A DNA stretch of 64,000 bases from Polyangiaceae bacterium (GTDB lineage Bacteria; Myxococcota_A; Polyangia; Polyangiales; Polyangiaceae). The notes under the pieces are model-generated. The model did no database searches and had not been told where the DNA came from. It worked only from the letters and a program-made list of their open reading frames with translations. Made by a program: the position numbers and the translations under genes. The stretch lies in contig JBILLK010000004.1 of the NCBI GenBank assembly GCA_044376115.1, positions 160,001 through 224,000 on the forward strand, written 5' to 3'. Of the stretch, positions 31,932-41,674 are shown piece after piece. Positions within the stretch are counted from its first letter, which is position 1, and each line of letters starts with the position of its first letter.

Positions 31932-33100
31932 CTTCGCGACGAAATCAGCCTTATCCCAGCCGCGACTCCGGCGTCGATCTCGCTCTCGGTCAAGTACGGC
32001 GCCGGCCCAAAGCGCAGCGCCTCACCACGCGCGTCGACGTACACGTTCTCGGCACGCAGCGCCTTCACCACGGCTTGCGCATCCTTCACACGAGCCGCAA
32101 CGAAGCCCGCGCGTTCAGCGGCCGCACGTGGCGAAACCAACGGCACAGCCGCAGACTCCAACGTCGCAGCGATACGCTCGGTCTGGGCGACGCTGAGTTC
32201 GCGCAACACGGCCGGCGTAAGCCCGTGCTCATCAAAGACGTCCAGCGCCGCGCGGGCGCGGTAGAACGAGACCGGATCGAAGGTCGCACCGCTGAAACGC
32301 TGGCTTCCAGCCCCGTAGCCCACCGCACCGCCATGGGCGCGCTCATCTCCAAGTGCGCCGAAGTCGGCGAACCACCCGGTGTACACAGGGCGCAAGGTGG
32401 TGCTCGAGGGCACCCGCATGAAACACACGCCCTCTCCGAATTGCGCGTACTTGTAGCCGCCGCTCACGACGAACAGGTGCTCGCGCACTGAGGGCCAGCT
32501 GAGTTCGAGCGCACCAAAGCCGTGGTAGGCGTCCGCCAACACCGTGGTACCGGTGCGCGCAGCGTGGTCACTGACTTCAGCAAAGCCCGGCCAAATGGCC
32601 GCATCCTCGTAGAAGGTCGTCGACACAGCGAGCAAGTCCACCCCTGCCCCGACCGCTTCAATCAGACGCTCAGCCAAGGAAGAGACCGGGTTGCGCGGAA
32701 CCCAGGTGACCGAAGCGCCGGCTTCAGCAAGTCGGCGCAACTGCCGCTCGAGCGAATGGAACTCTCCGGTGGTAGTGACGATCCGCGGATTTGGACCGAA
32801 GCATGAGAGCAGGCGGTAACCGAGCTCGTGGGAGCTCTTCCCGAACGAGATCGTGTCGTCCTCGTTGAAGCCCAAACGCGCCAACGTGCGACGCCCGACG
32901 TCGGCCACGAGCGGGAAGACAGCGTGCTCCCATTTATCGTCGACGAAGCGCGCCGCGTCGTCGAACGCCTGATCCATCGCAGAGCGAGCGCGGTCCGGCC
33001 AGGCCTGATGCGAGTGACCGGTCAGCAGAATTCGCCCAGGCTGCAAGAACGCGCTGTACTCGCGCCGGAAGCGTTCCCGATCGAAGCCGGCCGTGTTCAT
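31928..33100 (-). CDS. PLP-dependent class V aminotransferase, kynureninase-like
   Basis: LTGHSHQAWP, ADAYH, GGYKY PLP lysine, TGWFA, LRFGPAPY. Confidence 0.8.
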   Translation of the reverse strand: MNTAGFDRERFRREYSAFLQPGRILLTGHSHQAWPDRARSAMDQAFDDAARFVDDKWEHAVFPLVADVGRRTLARLGFNEDDTISFGKSSHELGYRLLSCFGPNPRIVTTTGEFHSLERQLRRLAEAGASVTWVPRNPVSSLAERLIEAVGAGVDLLAVSTTFYEDAAIWPGFAEVSDHAARTGTTVLADAYHGFGALELSWPSVREHLFVVSGGYKYAQFGEGVCFMRVPSSTTLRPVYTGWFADFGALGDERAHGGAVGYGAGSQRFSGATFDPVSFYRARAALDVFDEHGLTPAVLRELSVAQTERIAATLESAAVPLVSPRAAAERAGFVAARVKDAQAVVKALRAENVYVDARGEALRFGPAPYLTESEIDAGVAAGIRLISSRS

Positions 33101-34221
33101 TTGCGCAAGAACTCGAGCTTCACCGCGGTCTCGGTGGTGATCGGCTTGTCCTTCTCTTGGAACCGCACGAGGTTCTTCACCGACCCAACGCCAGCGTCAG
33201 GCACGAGTGACGTCAACGACGTGCTCGTCTCTGCGACGCCGCCCGCCTCGTAGCCCAAGAGCGTTACCGGCGTAGCCGGCCCACCAGGACCGACCTGCAG
33301 CTTGCTCGAAGCGGCCAGCTGCATCACCGTGGCGCTGAGCTTGATCTTGTCCCCCTTGCGCTTGAGCAGCTTGTAGTTGGTCCACATCAACGTATCCACG
33401 CCGGCATTGACCCGCTGAATCACCTGCCACTCTGCGCCCTCCCCGACTGCGGCCTCGGGCACCGGTGGTACCAACGACTCAAAGGAACGCCGCATCTCTT
33501 CGATCAGCTTCTGCGCAGCACCGTTGGCACCCGGCGGAGATTGGAGTTGTACGTTGCGCGCCTTGCCCATCGGGTCCACCGAGTAGCTCACCTTGAGGCC
33601 TTTGACGCTAGCGAGACCCGGCGCCATCGCCTTCTCGATCTGCTGCTGCTGCGGATCTTGATTGGCCTTCACCTGCACGTTGGTCAACGTGCCGGTGACG
33701 GCTACGCCGCCGTCCGCTGCCTTGTCACCGCTCTTCAGCTCGAGCGTCATCTCGACCAGGGGCAGCTCGACCGATTGACCACCGCCCGAGAGCTTCGTGC
33801 TGGTGCGCATCAACGTCGTTTGCGTGGCGTTGGTCGCGAAGTTGTAGCGCAGCGGCTCGCGCGGCTCGCTGCCCTCCGAAATCATCAGCACCGGCGAAGA
33901 AAGGCCGACCCCGATCACCGAGTCCGCCACTCCGTCCGCCAAGATCCCATCCTTCGCTTTCGCAAAGAACGCCGCGTCGATCGCTTTGTCGGGCATCTTG
34001 CTGCTCGCCGGCGGAACCACCGGCGCGGCCGACGGAGCGAGCGGCAGCGGCGCCGAGATTACGACCGCAGACGATGGGATAGACGCCGAAACGGCTGCCG
34101 AAGCGGAGCTGGCTGCAGAGGCGAGCTGGGAAGGCGCAGGCTCAATCGAGGCGCGCGGAGGCGATTCACAGGCGACAAGCAGCGCCAAGAGCAAGGCAGG
34201 ACGAACCCGGCGAAACATCAT
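33097..34221 (-). CDS. Hypothetical lipoprotein (DUF6263-like)
   Basis: LVAC lipobox; GSEPREPLRY and PEAAVGEGAEW motifs. Confidence 0.6.
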   Translation of the reverse strand: MMFRRVRPALLLALLVACESPPRASIEPAPSQLASAASSASAAVSASIPSSAVVISAPLPLAPSAAPVVPPASSKMPDKAIDAAFFAKAKDGILADGVADSVIGVGLSSPVLMISEGSEPREPLRYNFATNATQTTLMRTSTKLSGGGQSVELPLVEMTLELKSGDKAADGGVAVTGTLTNVQVKANQDPQQQQIEKAMAPGLASVKGLKVSYSVDPMGKARNVQLQSPPGANGAAQKLIEEMRRSFESLVPPVPEAAVGEGAEWQVIQRVNAGVDTLMWTNYKLLKRKGDKIKLSATVMQLAASSKLQVGPGGPATPVTLLGYEAGGVAETSTSLTSLVPDAGVGSVKNLVRFQEKDKPITTETAVKLEFLRK

Positions 34222-34320
34222 GCGCGCTTCCTTAGCGTTCTTTCGCTAACGCCGAAAGGGAATGACCAACGTCCTGGCACGAGCCACGTGAGCTTCGGCC
34301 GTTCCTTGGAACGGCGTGCT

Positions 34321-36660
34321 CTACTTCACTCGCGTGGTTTCGCGGAGCGTTACCGAGGCCCGCCGAACCGAGCGGGTTCCCGAACGCGAACTGCCTTCTT
34401 CCGGCGTTGCTGCCTCGGGTGCATCAGCCTGCTTCACCGCTGCGTCGGAAGCTCGCTGCGGAAGCGGGGTGAAGGCTCGCGACGAGCCGCGTGAAGCTCG
34501 CAACGCCAAGTCGGGGGCAACCTCGATCTCGACGCCGAGTCCGCGGCAGCGTCGACACAGGCGCTCGTAGTCAACACCGGGAGCAACCAACAGACCGCCC
34601 GGCGGCGAAGGATCGAGGAAGAACTCAGCGGTGGTGCGCGCCGCGCGCAACAACTCTCGAACGTCCGGGTTGTCCACCCAAAGGAAGGCCGAAACAGCCA
34701 CCAGGGCGCCCTTACCGACCACCACGCTGGCCTGAGTCAACAGCTCCGACAGCTCAGCTGGGAGTGGAGCCAGGGCCGAAATTCGCTCGCGCATCTCCTC
34801 GGGAGTTACGCCCCGAGCAATCGCCCGTCCAATCGCGGCCGGCGAAACCAGGAGTTCGAGCTCGGTGTCGGCCCGAGAGACCTCCAAAATGCTGGCGAGG
34901 CTCAGCACTTGACCAACCAAGGCGGCTGGACCAACCGTGAGCTGCAATCGCTCGCCAAAGCTTCCCGTGCTCGGCTCGCTCGGCTTGCGCTCAGGTCTAG
35001 CCACGACAGCCGCTGGCAGGAGGTGTCGAGTTCGCTCATTTTGCCGCACCAAGACCGAGCTAAGCTGCTCTCGCAACATCGGCTCTGGCGCCTCGACCAA
35101 ACTGCGCGGGTCGCGATCGAAGTCGAGCGAGAAGGCCTCCACCGCGTCCCCGTCGATGCCGGTGTCGAGTACGCCCAACTGGGTGAGGGAGCCCAGCACG
35201 ACGCTCACGATGATCTTCGTGAGCGGCATGACTTCAACAGGGCTTGCCTCCGTGCTTTGACGCTCGGCCCAACGACGCAAGAGATGCATGGCCGCGTCGA
35301 TGCGCGGGTCATTCTTTACGTACTCCTCGAGCTCTGGATAAGGCAGCCAACGATCACTCGGGAGCTCCGCCAAAGCCTCCAAAATGGCATCGCGCACTGC
35401 GCGTGTCGGGCTGGGCTCACGCCGTCCTTCGGCCGCGCGCAGCACCTCGGGCTCGGCCCGTGCCTCGTCCCAAACAGCGCCATTCAACCACGCTCGAAAT
35501 ATGCGCTCATGCACCTCGCTCAGGCTGAGCGCACCGCACGGCGAGGAGGTTTGGATCGACGAACTCTCGAATAGACCGATGGCGCGTGCGAGCACCGCGA
35601 TAAAGCTGACGTGATGTGTCGGACGACCCACGCTCTGCGCGATTCTTGAAATCAACGAACGAGGGATGCCAATGGTCGGCTTGAAGTCAGCGCTCGAGTC
35701 GCGTTGCGTTGCGGCCTCACGAATCCACAAGGCCGCGGCTAGGGCCAGGGGCGTGGGGTCCTTCGCAAACTGAGCGCGCCTCGGCAAATGATCGGCGGAC
35801 TCGAGACGGGCGCGCACGCCACTGCGACGCTCAGCTAACTGATTCCTACGACTTGCGCCGACGATGCGGGCGACCTCGCTCGGCACGATGTGCCGATTGG
35901 GGTGGACCGGAATGAGGAACGCGCGCCGTTCGAGGGCGAACCCGGCGCCTCTTCGTGTGGTGCTCACACCCTTGGCGCTGCGAAGCCGAATCGGCTCGCG
36001 CTCCAGATCGAGCAGCTCCGCCGTCTCGACTTCACCACCCAGCGCCTCGATGGCCTCGAGCAGCTTGCGCTCAGCATGCGCGAGCAGGTCGATCTCGGTC
36101 TGCAGCGCGGATTCGTTGGAAAGCACGTCCCACGCAGGCTCGAGCGCCAAGGCGATCGGCGGAGTGCACGGACGCCCGAGGTAGTGCGCGGCGATCGCGG
36201 AAGTCGTTTCAAACGAAGCTTGTGAAATCAAAGCGCGCAGCGAGCGCGGATCCTCGGTCGACCAGGAAGGGATCTGCAACAAGAAGGCGTGCGGCAACAC
36301 CAGTTCGATGCGTTTGCGATCTCGCCGCGCAAACAGCACCCCTCGCCCCATCAGCGGCTCGAGCCCGGGTGGCTTTGCATCCACGTGCAAAATCCCCCCG
36401 GCGTCGGCGATTCGAATCAACAGTTCATGCGAAGGCGCGGCCAAGCGGGAGGGGTCGCGAACTTCAGGCATGCCCACGAGAGCGCGCGCGGCCTGACTCG
36501 GAACGTCAAGCCGTTTGGCTGGGTCGATGCGAATGCCCAGTCGAGCCAACAGGCTCAAGAGCTCGCTTTCCGGCAGGGCCCGCACGATGGTCGAGAGCCG
36601 CCTCAAGCTGCCCTCATTCGTATCGACTCTGCTTGGCTCGCTTTGATCTTTCTCGGTCAT
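34321..36660 (-). CDS. Large protein with C-terminal XPB-associated Helicase_C_3-like domain
   Basis: C-terminal LLVSPAAIGRAIARGVTPEEM..PLP resembles Helicase_C_3; no helicase Walker motifs seen. Confidence 0.6.
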   Translation of the reverse strand: MTEKDQSEPSRVDTNEGSLRRLSTIVRALPESELLSLLARLGIRIDPAKRLDVPSQAARALVGMPEVRDPSRLAAPSHELLIRIADAGGILHVDAKPPGLEPLMGRGVLFARRDRKRIELVLPHAFLLQIPSWSTEDPRSLRALISQASFETTSAIAAHYLGRPCTPPIALALEPAWDVLSNESALQTEIDLLAHAERKLLEAIEALGGEVETAELLDLEREPIRLRSAKGVSTTRRGAGFALERRAFLIPVHPNRHIVPSEVARIVGASRRNQLAERRSGVRARLESADHLPRRAQFAKDPTPLALAAALWIREAATQRDSSADFKPTIGIPRSLISRIAQSVGRPTHHVSFIAVLARAIGLFESSSIQTSSPCGALSLSEVHERIFRAWLNGAVWDEARAEPEVLRAAEGRREPSPTRAVRDAILEALAELPSDRWLPYPELEEYVKNDPRIDAAMHLLRRWAERQSTEASPVEVMPLTKIIVSVVLGSLTQLGVLDTGIDGDAVEAFSLDFDRDPRSLVEAPEPMLREQLSSVLVRQNERTRHLLPAAVVARPERKPSEPSTGSFGERLQLTVGPAALVGQVLSLASILEVSRADTELELLVSPAAIGRAIARGVTPEEMRERISALAPLPAELSELLTQASVVVGKGALVAVSAFLWVDNPDVRELLRAARTTAEFFLDPSPPGGLLVAPGVDYERLCRRCRGLGVEIEVAPDLALRASRGSSRAFTPLPQRASDAAVKQADAPEAATPEEGSSRSGTRSVRRASVTLRETTRVK

Positions 36661-36718
36661 GGTCAACGCCGACGTTCGAGCATATACCAGGGCTTGCAGA
36701 CGTGTACGCCGAAGCATC

Positions 36719-38008
36719 ATGATTCTACGCGACCCAGTCCATGGCCTCGTCTCCTTCGAGACCGAGGAGTCGTCCATCGTTCCTCGGCTACTTGGGACGC
36801 GCGAGGTGCAGCGGCTGCGCCGGATCCGCCAGCTGGGGTTGACGTCATTTGCGTTTCCCGGCGCAGAACACACACGCTTTTCGCATGCCGTAGGCGCTGC
36901 ACACGTGATGCAGCTGCTGCTGGCGCGCCTGCGGCAGATCGATCAGCCGCTGCCCTTTTGGCAGCGGCCGACCTCCGAGCGTGGCCGAGACGCGATTGCC
37001 GCGGCTCTCCTACACGACGTTGGACATGGGCCGTTCTCGCACCTTTTTGAAGCGGTGCTCCCTGGGCACGTGCGGCATGAAGTTTGGACCACTCGCATCC
37101 TGTTGGATCCCTCGAGCGATGTTCATCGCGAGCTGGCCAAAGGAGACGCGGGTTTACCGCAGCGAGTGGCGGATCTCGTGTGCGGCAAACATGATCTGCC
37201 TTACCTAGCAAGCGCGGTCAGCGGCACCTTCGACGTCGATCGCTGCGACTACTTGCTGCGCGACGCGCACGCGACCGGCGTCATCTACGGGGACTACGAC
37301 CTTCCCTGGCTGCTGCGTTCGCTTCGTTTCGACTTGGATCGCAGCGCCGGCGCGGAAGCACCCAAGCTCGCCGTCGACGGCATCAAAGGCATAACCGCCA
37401 TCGAGAGCTTCCTCTTGGCCCGCCTCTTCATGTTTCAGCAGGTGTACTTTCACAAGTCCACGCGCGCCGCCGAAACGATGATTCGGCTGATTCTCAAGCG
37501 CGCGTTCGAGCTGCTAGGCAACGGCGCGCGCCTGCCCATGGTGCTGCCAGCGATGGACGCCGTCGCTCATGGCCGCGAAGTGTCCCTCGACGAGTACTTG
37601 AAGCTCGACGATCAGGAGCTCCTCGTCGCCATGCGCAGCTGGGAGGACGCGGACGACCAGGTGCTCGGCGACCTATGCCGCCGGCTGTCGAAGCGAGCGC
37701 TGTTCAAGACGGTCGAGCTAGGCAACGTCGAGTCCGATCGTCCGGACCAGGAGGCGCTCGATATCGCGCGCGACGTCGCGAGCCGCCGCGGGCTCGATCC
37801 AAACTACTACGTCGCGCTCGATCGCGCCTCCGATACGCCGTTTCCACGCGACAAGAACCTAGTGGTGGTCTTCCCAGACGGCCGCCGAAAAAGCTTGGCG
37901 GAGGTATCTTTCTTGTTGGGCCGGCTCGAGGGGCAAACGCTCTCGCGTACCCGCATCGTCTACGCCGCCGAGCTCCGGGAGGAACTCGTGCCTGCGTTGA
38001 GTTCGTGA
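36719..38008 (+). CDS. HD-domain phosphohydrolase (SAMHD1/dNTP triphosphohydrolase-like)
   Basis: RDPVHG, QRLRRIRQLG, HTRFSH, LLHDVGHGPFSH, DVDRCDY, QVYFHK. Confidence 0.9.
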   Translation: MILRDPVHGLVSFETEESSIVPRLLGTREVQRLRRIRQLGLTSFAFPGAEHTRFSHAVGAAHVMQLLLARLRQIDQPLPFWQRPTSERGRDAIAAALLHDVGHGPFSHLFEAVLPGHVRHEVWTTRILLDPSSDVHRELAKGDAGLPQRVADLVCGKHDLPYLASAVSGTFDVDRCDYLLRDAHATGVIYGDYDLPWLLRSLRFDLDRSAGAEAPKLAVDGIKGITAIESFLLARLFMFQQVYFHKSTRAAETMIRLILKRAFELLGNGARLPMVLPAMDAVAHGREVSLDEYLKLDDQELLVAMRSWEDADDQVLGDLCRRLSKRALFKTVELGNVESDRPDQEALDIARDVASRRGLDPNYYVALDRASDTPFPRDKNLVVVFPDGRRKSLAEVSFLLGRLEGQTLSRTRIVYAAELREELVPALSS

Positions 38009-38643
38009 TGGCTCGCGCGTCGTTCGCAATCGGAGCTGTCGTGATGGCTCTTTGGCCAGCCCGGCTGCATGCGCAAGGCGTCGACGGCTCGTACGGCCGC
38101 GTTGAAGGGGACCTTTTGTTCAACGGCTCGTTGGGCGTGACGTTGGGGGCGGGCGGAGCCGGCTTCGACACTCACGTCGGTTTGCTCTACCTGTCGACCG
38201 CGGGGATCTACGGTCGCTACGCCGAGTCATTCGGAAATGAGGCGGCCGCGTTCGATCGCCTGTTTGCAACGGGCATCGAACTACGACCTGTTTTTTTGGG
38301 GCGGTACGCCCTCGATCTAGAACGTGGACCAGCGCACCTAGACCTTTTCCTCGATTCGTTCGCGCTGCTCTTGGGCGCAACGTTCAACGATCCCATCGGA
38401 CCCGAGTCCACAGTCGTACCTGGTCTCGAGTTCGGCGTATCGCTCGAGTTCCCGATCTTGCCAAGCGCCTCGGGACCGTACGTCGGAGTGCTGGGGCTGT
38501 TGCGCACCACCGACGACGATCTTCTTGGCTACCGTGACGCCGACCTGATCGAGCGTGGCAGCGCGGTCGTCTTCACGCTCTCTTGGCACCAGATCTTCGA
38601 CTCTGGCCTCGTCGATTTGCGAGACGGCGCTCGCCCTGACTAA
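38008..38643 (+). CDS. Secreted protein, possible small outer-membrane beta-barrel
   Basis: Signal peptide, alternating amphipathic strands; start overlaps the HD gene stop. Confidence 0.55.
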   Translation: MARASFAIGAVVMALWPARLHAQGVDGSYGRVEGDLLFNGSLGVTLGAGGAGFDTHVGLLYLSTAGIYGRYAESFGNEAAAFDRLFATGIELRPVFLGRYALDLERGPAHLDLFLDSFALLLGATFNDPIGPESTVVPGLEFGVSLEFPILPSASGPYVGVLGLLRTTDDDLLGYRDADLIERGSAVVFTLSWHQIFDSGLVDLRDGARPD

Positions 38644-39176
38644 CGCACGGAGAACGTTGGATTGAAAGCCGAGACCATTGTCTCTTGGCCGCCCAGCACC
38701 ATCCGCCGCTTGGTGCTGCCCAACGCATCGAGCACCGCGGTGATGTCGTGGAACGGCAGTTGGTTGTCGGTATGCAGCACCGCCTGGTCCACGCGCTGGT
38801 CGGCAGCATCGCGGTGACTGCCGTGACTCGCCCACTCCCGCTCGATCTGCGCGGCCAGCTCTCGATGATCGTTCGCTCCGGTGCGAGCCACGCTCAACTC
38901 CGAGACCACCGTACTCCCTTGTCGCCAACTCAACTTGAAGCTCCCGGGCTGAACATCGACGTGCAGGACTTTCTCCACGTTCGTTATGTCGACCGGAGTA
39001 TCGCTCGGAGGTCCGGGTACCTCGGCGTTGGTCGGAATACGTGACTGCGTCGTCCAGACCGCTGTGATCAGCAGGAATGCCACCGTCACCATCAACAGAT
39101 CGATGAACGGAATCATGTTGATGTCAGCGTTCGTCGAGCGCTGACCCTTGTTCCCCTGAACCTCCACTCCAGCCAT
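38640..39176 (-). CDS. ExbD/TolR family protein, second AglQ-like paralog
   Basis: INMIPFIDLLMVTVAFLLITAVW identical to the 41014-41568 protein; conserved TM Asp. Confidence 0.85.
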   Translation of the reverse strand: MAGVEVQGNKGQRSTNADINMIPFIDLLMVTVAFLLITAVWTTQSRIPTNAEVPGPPSDTPVDITNVEKVLHVDVQPGSFKLSWRQGSTVVSELSVARTGANDHRELAAQIEREWASHGSHRDAADQRVDQAVLHTDNQLPFHDITAVLDALGSTKRRMVLGGQETMVSAFNPTFSVR

Positions 39177-39266
39177 TGAAACCTCGCATCGTTTTGGCTT
39201 GAGAAAGGGACGCACCACAAAAGGCGAAGCGCCGTCCTTCACACCGTGGCAAACGCCAGGGGACAG

Positions 39267-39293
39267 CAGACACGCGACCGCGACCGAAGTTCC
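39267..39293 (-). promoter_or_regulatory. ECF-sigma-like promoter GGAAC-N13-GCGTGTCTG
   Basis: GGAACTT-16 nt-TCTGC is close to the RpoE-type consensus; the same motif with identical spacing occurs at 41631-41657. Confidence 0.6.
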
Positions 39294-39295
39294 AA

Positions 39296-40348
39296 CTAAC
39301 GTGCTTCGACGTCGCCGATGGCCTTACGAACCTCGAGCGCGAGCGCACAGCTCTGCGCCTGTCGGTTGCGCGACGCAAGCACGCCAACGTCGCTGACCGG
39401 CGCGCCACCCTTCAATTCGAAGGAAGGCACGCGCGTCATCTTCACGAGCGGCTTCTTGTCCTCGAGGCGGAACAAGCCGATGCGCGACGGGAAAGCACGG
39501 CCAGCCGCGAAGTCGACATCCGCGGCGGACGGTGCATCGCCCACCGCTTTGGCAGCGTGCTCGATCGGTCGGTCATCGACCACGACAAGGAAGAACTTCG
39601 CCAACGTGAGGATCTCAGTCGCGATCGGAAACTCGGTGTAGTTCGCGTCGTCGAAGGCCAAGCTATAGCCACGCAACACCAGGTTCGAGTCCGCCTTCTC
39701 GACGTTCTTGACCCACTCCGGCTCGAGTACGAAAAGCGAACGGTAAGCGAGCCGCAAATTGAAGGGCTGCGACGGCTTCGCGCAGTGTTGATACTCGTTG
39801 CAGACCTCACCGGACGCGCATTCTCGGGAGATCGCGCAGTCTTTACCGTCTGTCCCTGACTCGGCGGGAGTGCGCATGAGACAAGCGGTGAAGGCGTCTT
39901 TGAATGATCCGGAGACGGCCTCCCGCAAGGTCGGTACGTCCTTGGCCTGGTCCACGCCGACGCGCAGGTAGATACCGGCCATATCCTGAAACTTGAAGTT
40001 CGCCAGCGCCGCACGATCGATCTCGTCGTTTACGGGGGACTTGGCTAATTCGATGGTCCAACTCTCGACTTGGTCGCGAACCGGGTACCACTTTGGTCCG
40101 AGCGTCGCTTCAACCGCGCGATGCTTCGAGAGGATCTCGGCGCGGAGCGACTCGTTACGGTTCGAGTCGTATTTGAACCAAGCGATTAAAGCGACAGTTA
40201 GCGTCAAACCGAACCAAACCACCGCGCGCCACGCCGGTCGCTTGATCTTATTGCGGTCCTCTTTCGAGGCCCGAACAGCCGAAAGGCCCCGCTTGATGTC
40301 CTCGGGGGCCTCTCTGCGAATCGGAGGTAACGGACCTTTGGTCGTCAC
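39296..40348 (-). CDS. Single-pass membrane protein with periplasmic Cys-rich module
   Basis: Basic N-terminus, one TM helix, CAISRECASGEVCNEYQHC; 8 nt downstream of the aglS-like gene. Confidence 0.75.
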   Translation of the reverse strand: MTTKGPLPPIRREAPEDIKRGLSAVRASKEDRNKIKRPAWRAVVWFGLTLTVALIAWFKYDSNRNESLRAEILSKHRAVEATLGPKWYPVRDQVESWTIELAKSPVNDEIDRAALANFKFQDMAGIYLRVGVDQAKDVPTLREAVSGSFKDAFTACLMRTPAESGTDGKDCAISRECASGEVCNEYQHCAKPSQPFNLRLAYRSLFVLEPEWVKNVEKADSNLVLRGYSLAFDDANYTEFPIATEILTLAKFFLVVVDDRPIEHAAKAVGDAPSAADVDFAAGRAFPSRIGLFRLEDKKPLVKMTRVPSFELKGGAPVSDVGVLASRNRQAQSCALALEVRKAIGDVEAR

Positions 40349-40356
40349 GCGTTACT

Positions 40357-40941
40357 TCAGCCGCCGCCGGTCTTCTGAACCATGAAGCTAACGTTCGGAT
40401 AGCCCGCGTACGCTGCAGTCTGGAAGACGCTCTTCACGACGATCGCCGGAACCTCTTCATCAATCTGGAGGATAACGACGCCGGGGAACGGCTTGTTCGG
40501 CTGCAGCGTCTTCCAGTTCTCGCGACGGTTCTTGAGACGTAGGAAGAGCTCGTCGATCTTCTGCATCTTTCCGAGTTCTTCAATCGCACGAGTAGAACCC
40601 GCTAGCTCCCCGTCAACGAACACCTGGCTGCTATTCACCGCAACCATCGGAGCGTCGATGACGGCCTCGGCGTTCTCCGCCTTGGGAAGCTTGATGCTCT
40701 CATCGACGTTGATCTGGCCCGACGCGTTGAACGACGTGAGCAAGAAGATGACGGTCACCAACAGGAAGTCGATGTAGGCCGTCAAGTTCAAGCTTGCGTT
40801 GGGCGAGCGGGCCCCCATTCCCGAGACCTTGCGCCATACGAATCGCAGCGGCACTTTGATCAGAAGGCGGCGCCCCGGCTTGTGAATGACGTGCGCGTGC
40901 GGGTCGTGGTGCTTGTTGTTCGTATAGCGCTGGCCGGACAT
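40357..40941 (-). CDS. aglS: ExbD/TolR family protein, AglS-like
   Basis: LNLTAYIDFLLV TM with Asp, long basic N-terminal extension, third gene after the TolQ-like gene; orthology from recall. Confidence 0.65.
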   Translation of the reverse strand: MSGQRYTNNKHHDPHAHVIHKPGRRLLIKVPLRFVWRKVSGMGARSPNASLNLTAYIDFLLVTVIFLLTSFNASGQINVDESIKLPKAENAEAVIDAPMVAVNSSQVFVDGELAGSTRAIEELGKMQKIDELFLRLKNRRENWKTLQPNKPFPGVVILQIDEEVPAIVVKSVFQTAAYAGYPNVSFMVQKTGGG

Positions 40942-41013
40942 GGGAACTCCGCTTGGTCAAACCACGTTGCGTGGTCGAGAGAGAACGTAAACCGAACGTG
41001 AGAGCGAGAATGC

Positions 41014-41568
41014 TCAGCGGATTGAGAAAGTCATGTTGAAGACGGGAACCGTCTCCACATTGTTACCCAGCTTCATTTCGCGCTTGGGGGAGTAAAGCGC
41101 ATCGAGTACCGCCACGATCTCCTTGAACGGGAGGCGATTGTCGGCGTGCAGGATCGCCTGATCGAGCTTGGTGTCAGCCGAATCCTTGTGGCTGCCGTTC
41201 GTCTTCCACTCTTCCTCGAACTTTTTGCCGAGTTCGGTGTAGCGCGGCGGGTCGCCGGCATTGGTGGGCTTCGGAACCTTGACCTCAGAGGCCACAACCG
41301 CGCCCTGCTTCCAGGTGAGCACGAACTCATCAGCGCCAATCGTCACGTTGAGGACCTTCTCAGGTGTTTGGGGCGTGACCTCTGTGCTCGGATCCGGCGG
41401 ACCTGGGATCTGTGCGTTGGCATTGATACGTGAGTTGGTGACCCACACAGCCGTAATGAGCAAAAAGGCGACCGTGACCATCAGCAGATCGATGAAGGGG
41501 ATCATGTTGATCTCCGCGTTCGTCGACCGCTTTCCGCCTTTGCTATCGCCTACGTCTACGCCACCCAT
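41014..41568 (-). CDS. aglQ: ExbD/TolR family protein, AglQ-like
   Basis: MGGVDVG..INMIPFID(27)LL..FLLITAVW; position after the aglR-like gene. Confidence 0.65.
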   Translation of the reverse strand: MGGVDVGDSKGGKRSTNAEINMIPFIDLLMVTVAFLLITAVWVTNSRINANAQIPGPPDPSTEVTPQTPEKVLNVTIGADEFVLTWKQGAVVASEVKVPKPTNAGDPPRYTELGKKFEEEWKTNGSHKDSADTKLDQAILHADNRLPFKEIVAVLDALYSPKREMKLGNNVETVPVFNMTFSIR

Positions 41569-41630
41569 GATCGGCTCCCTTCAGCTACCAGGCCCGAGGC
41601 CCGGACTCGACTCGACTGACCAACGAACTT

Positions 41631-41657
41631 CAGACACGCACGAGGCAACTTGGTTCC
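41631..41657 (-). promoter_or_regulatory. ECF-sigma-like internal promoter GGAAC-N13-GCGTGTCTG
   Basis: GGAACCA-16 nt-TCTGA; twin of 39267-39293. Confidence 0.6.
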
Positions 41658-41674
41658 AGTCGACTCTCGATTTC

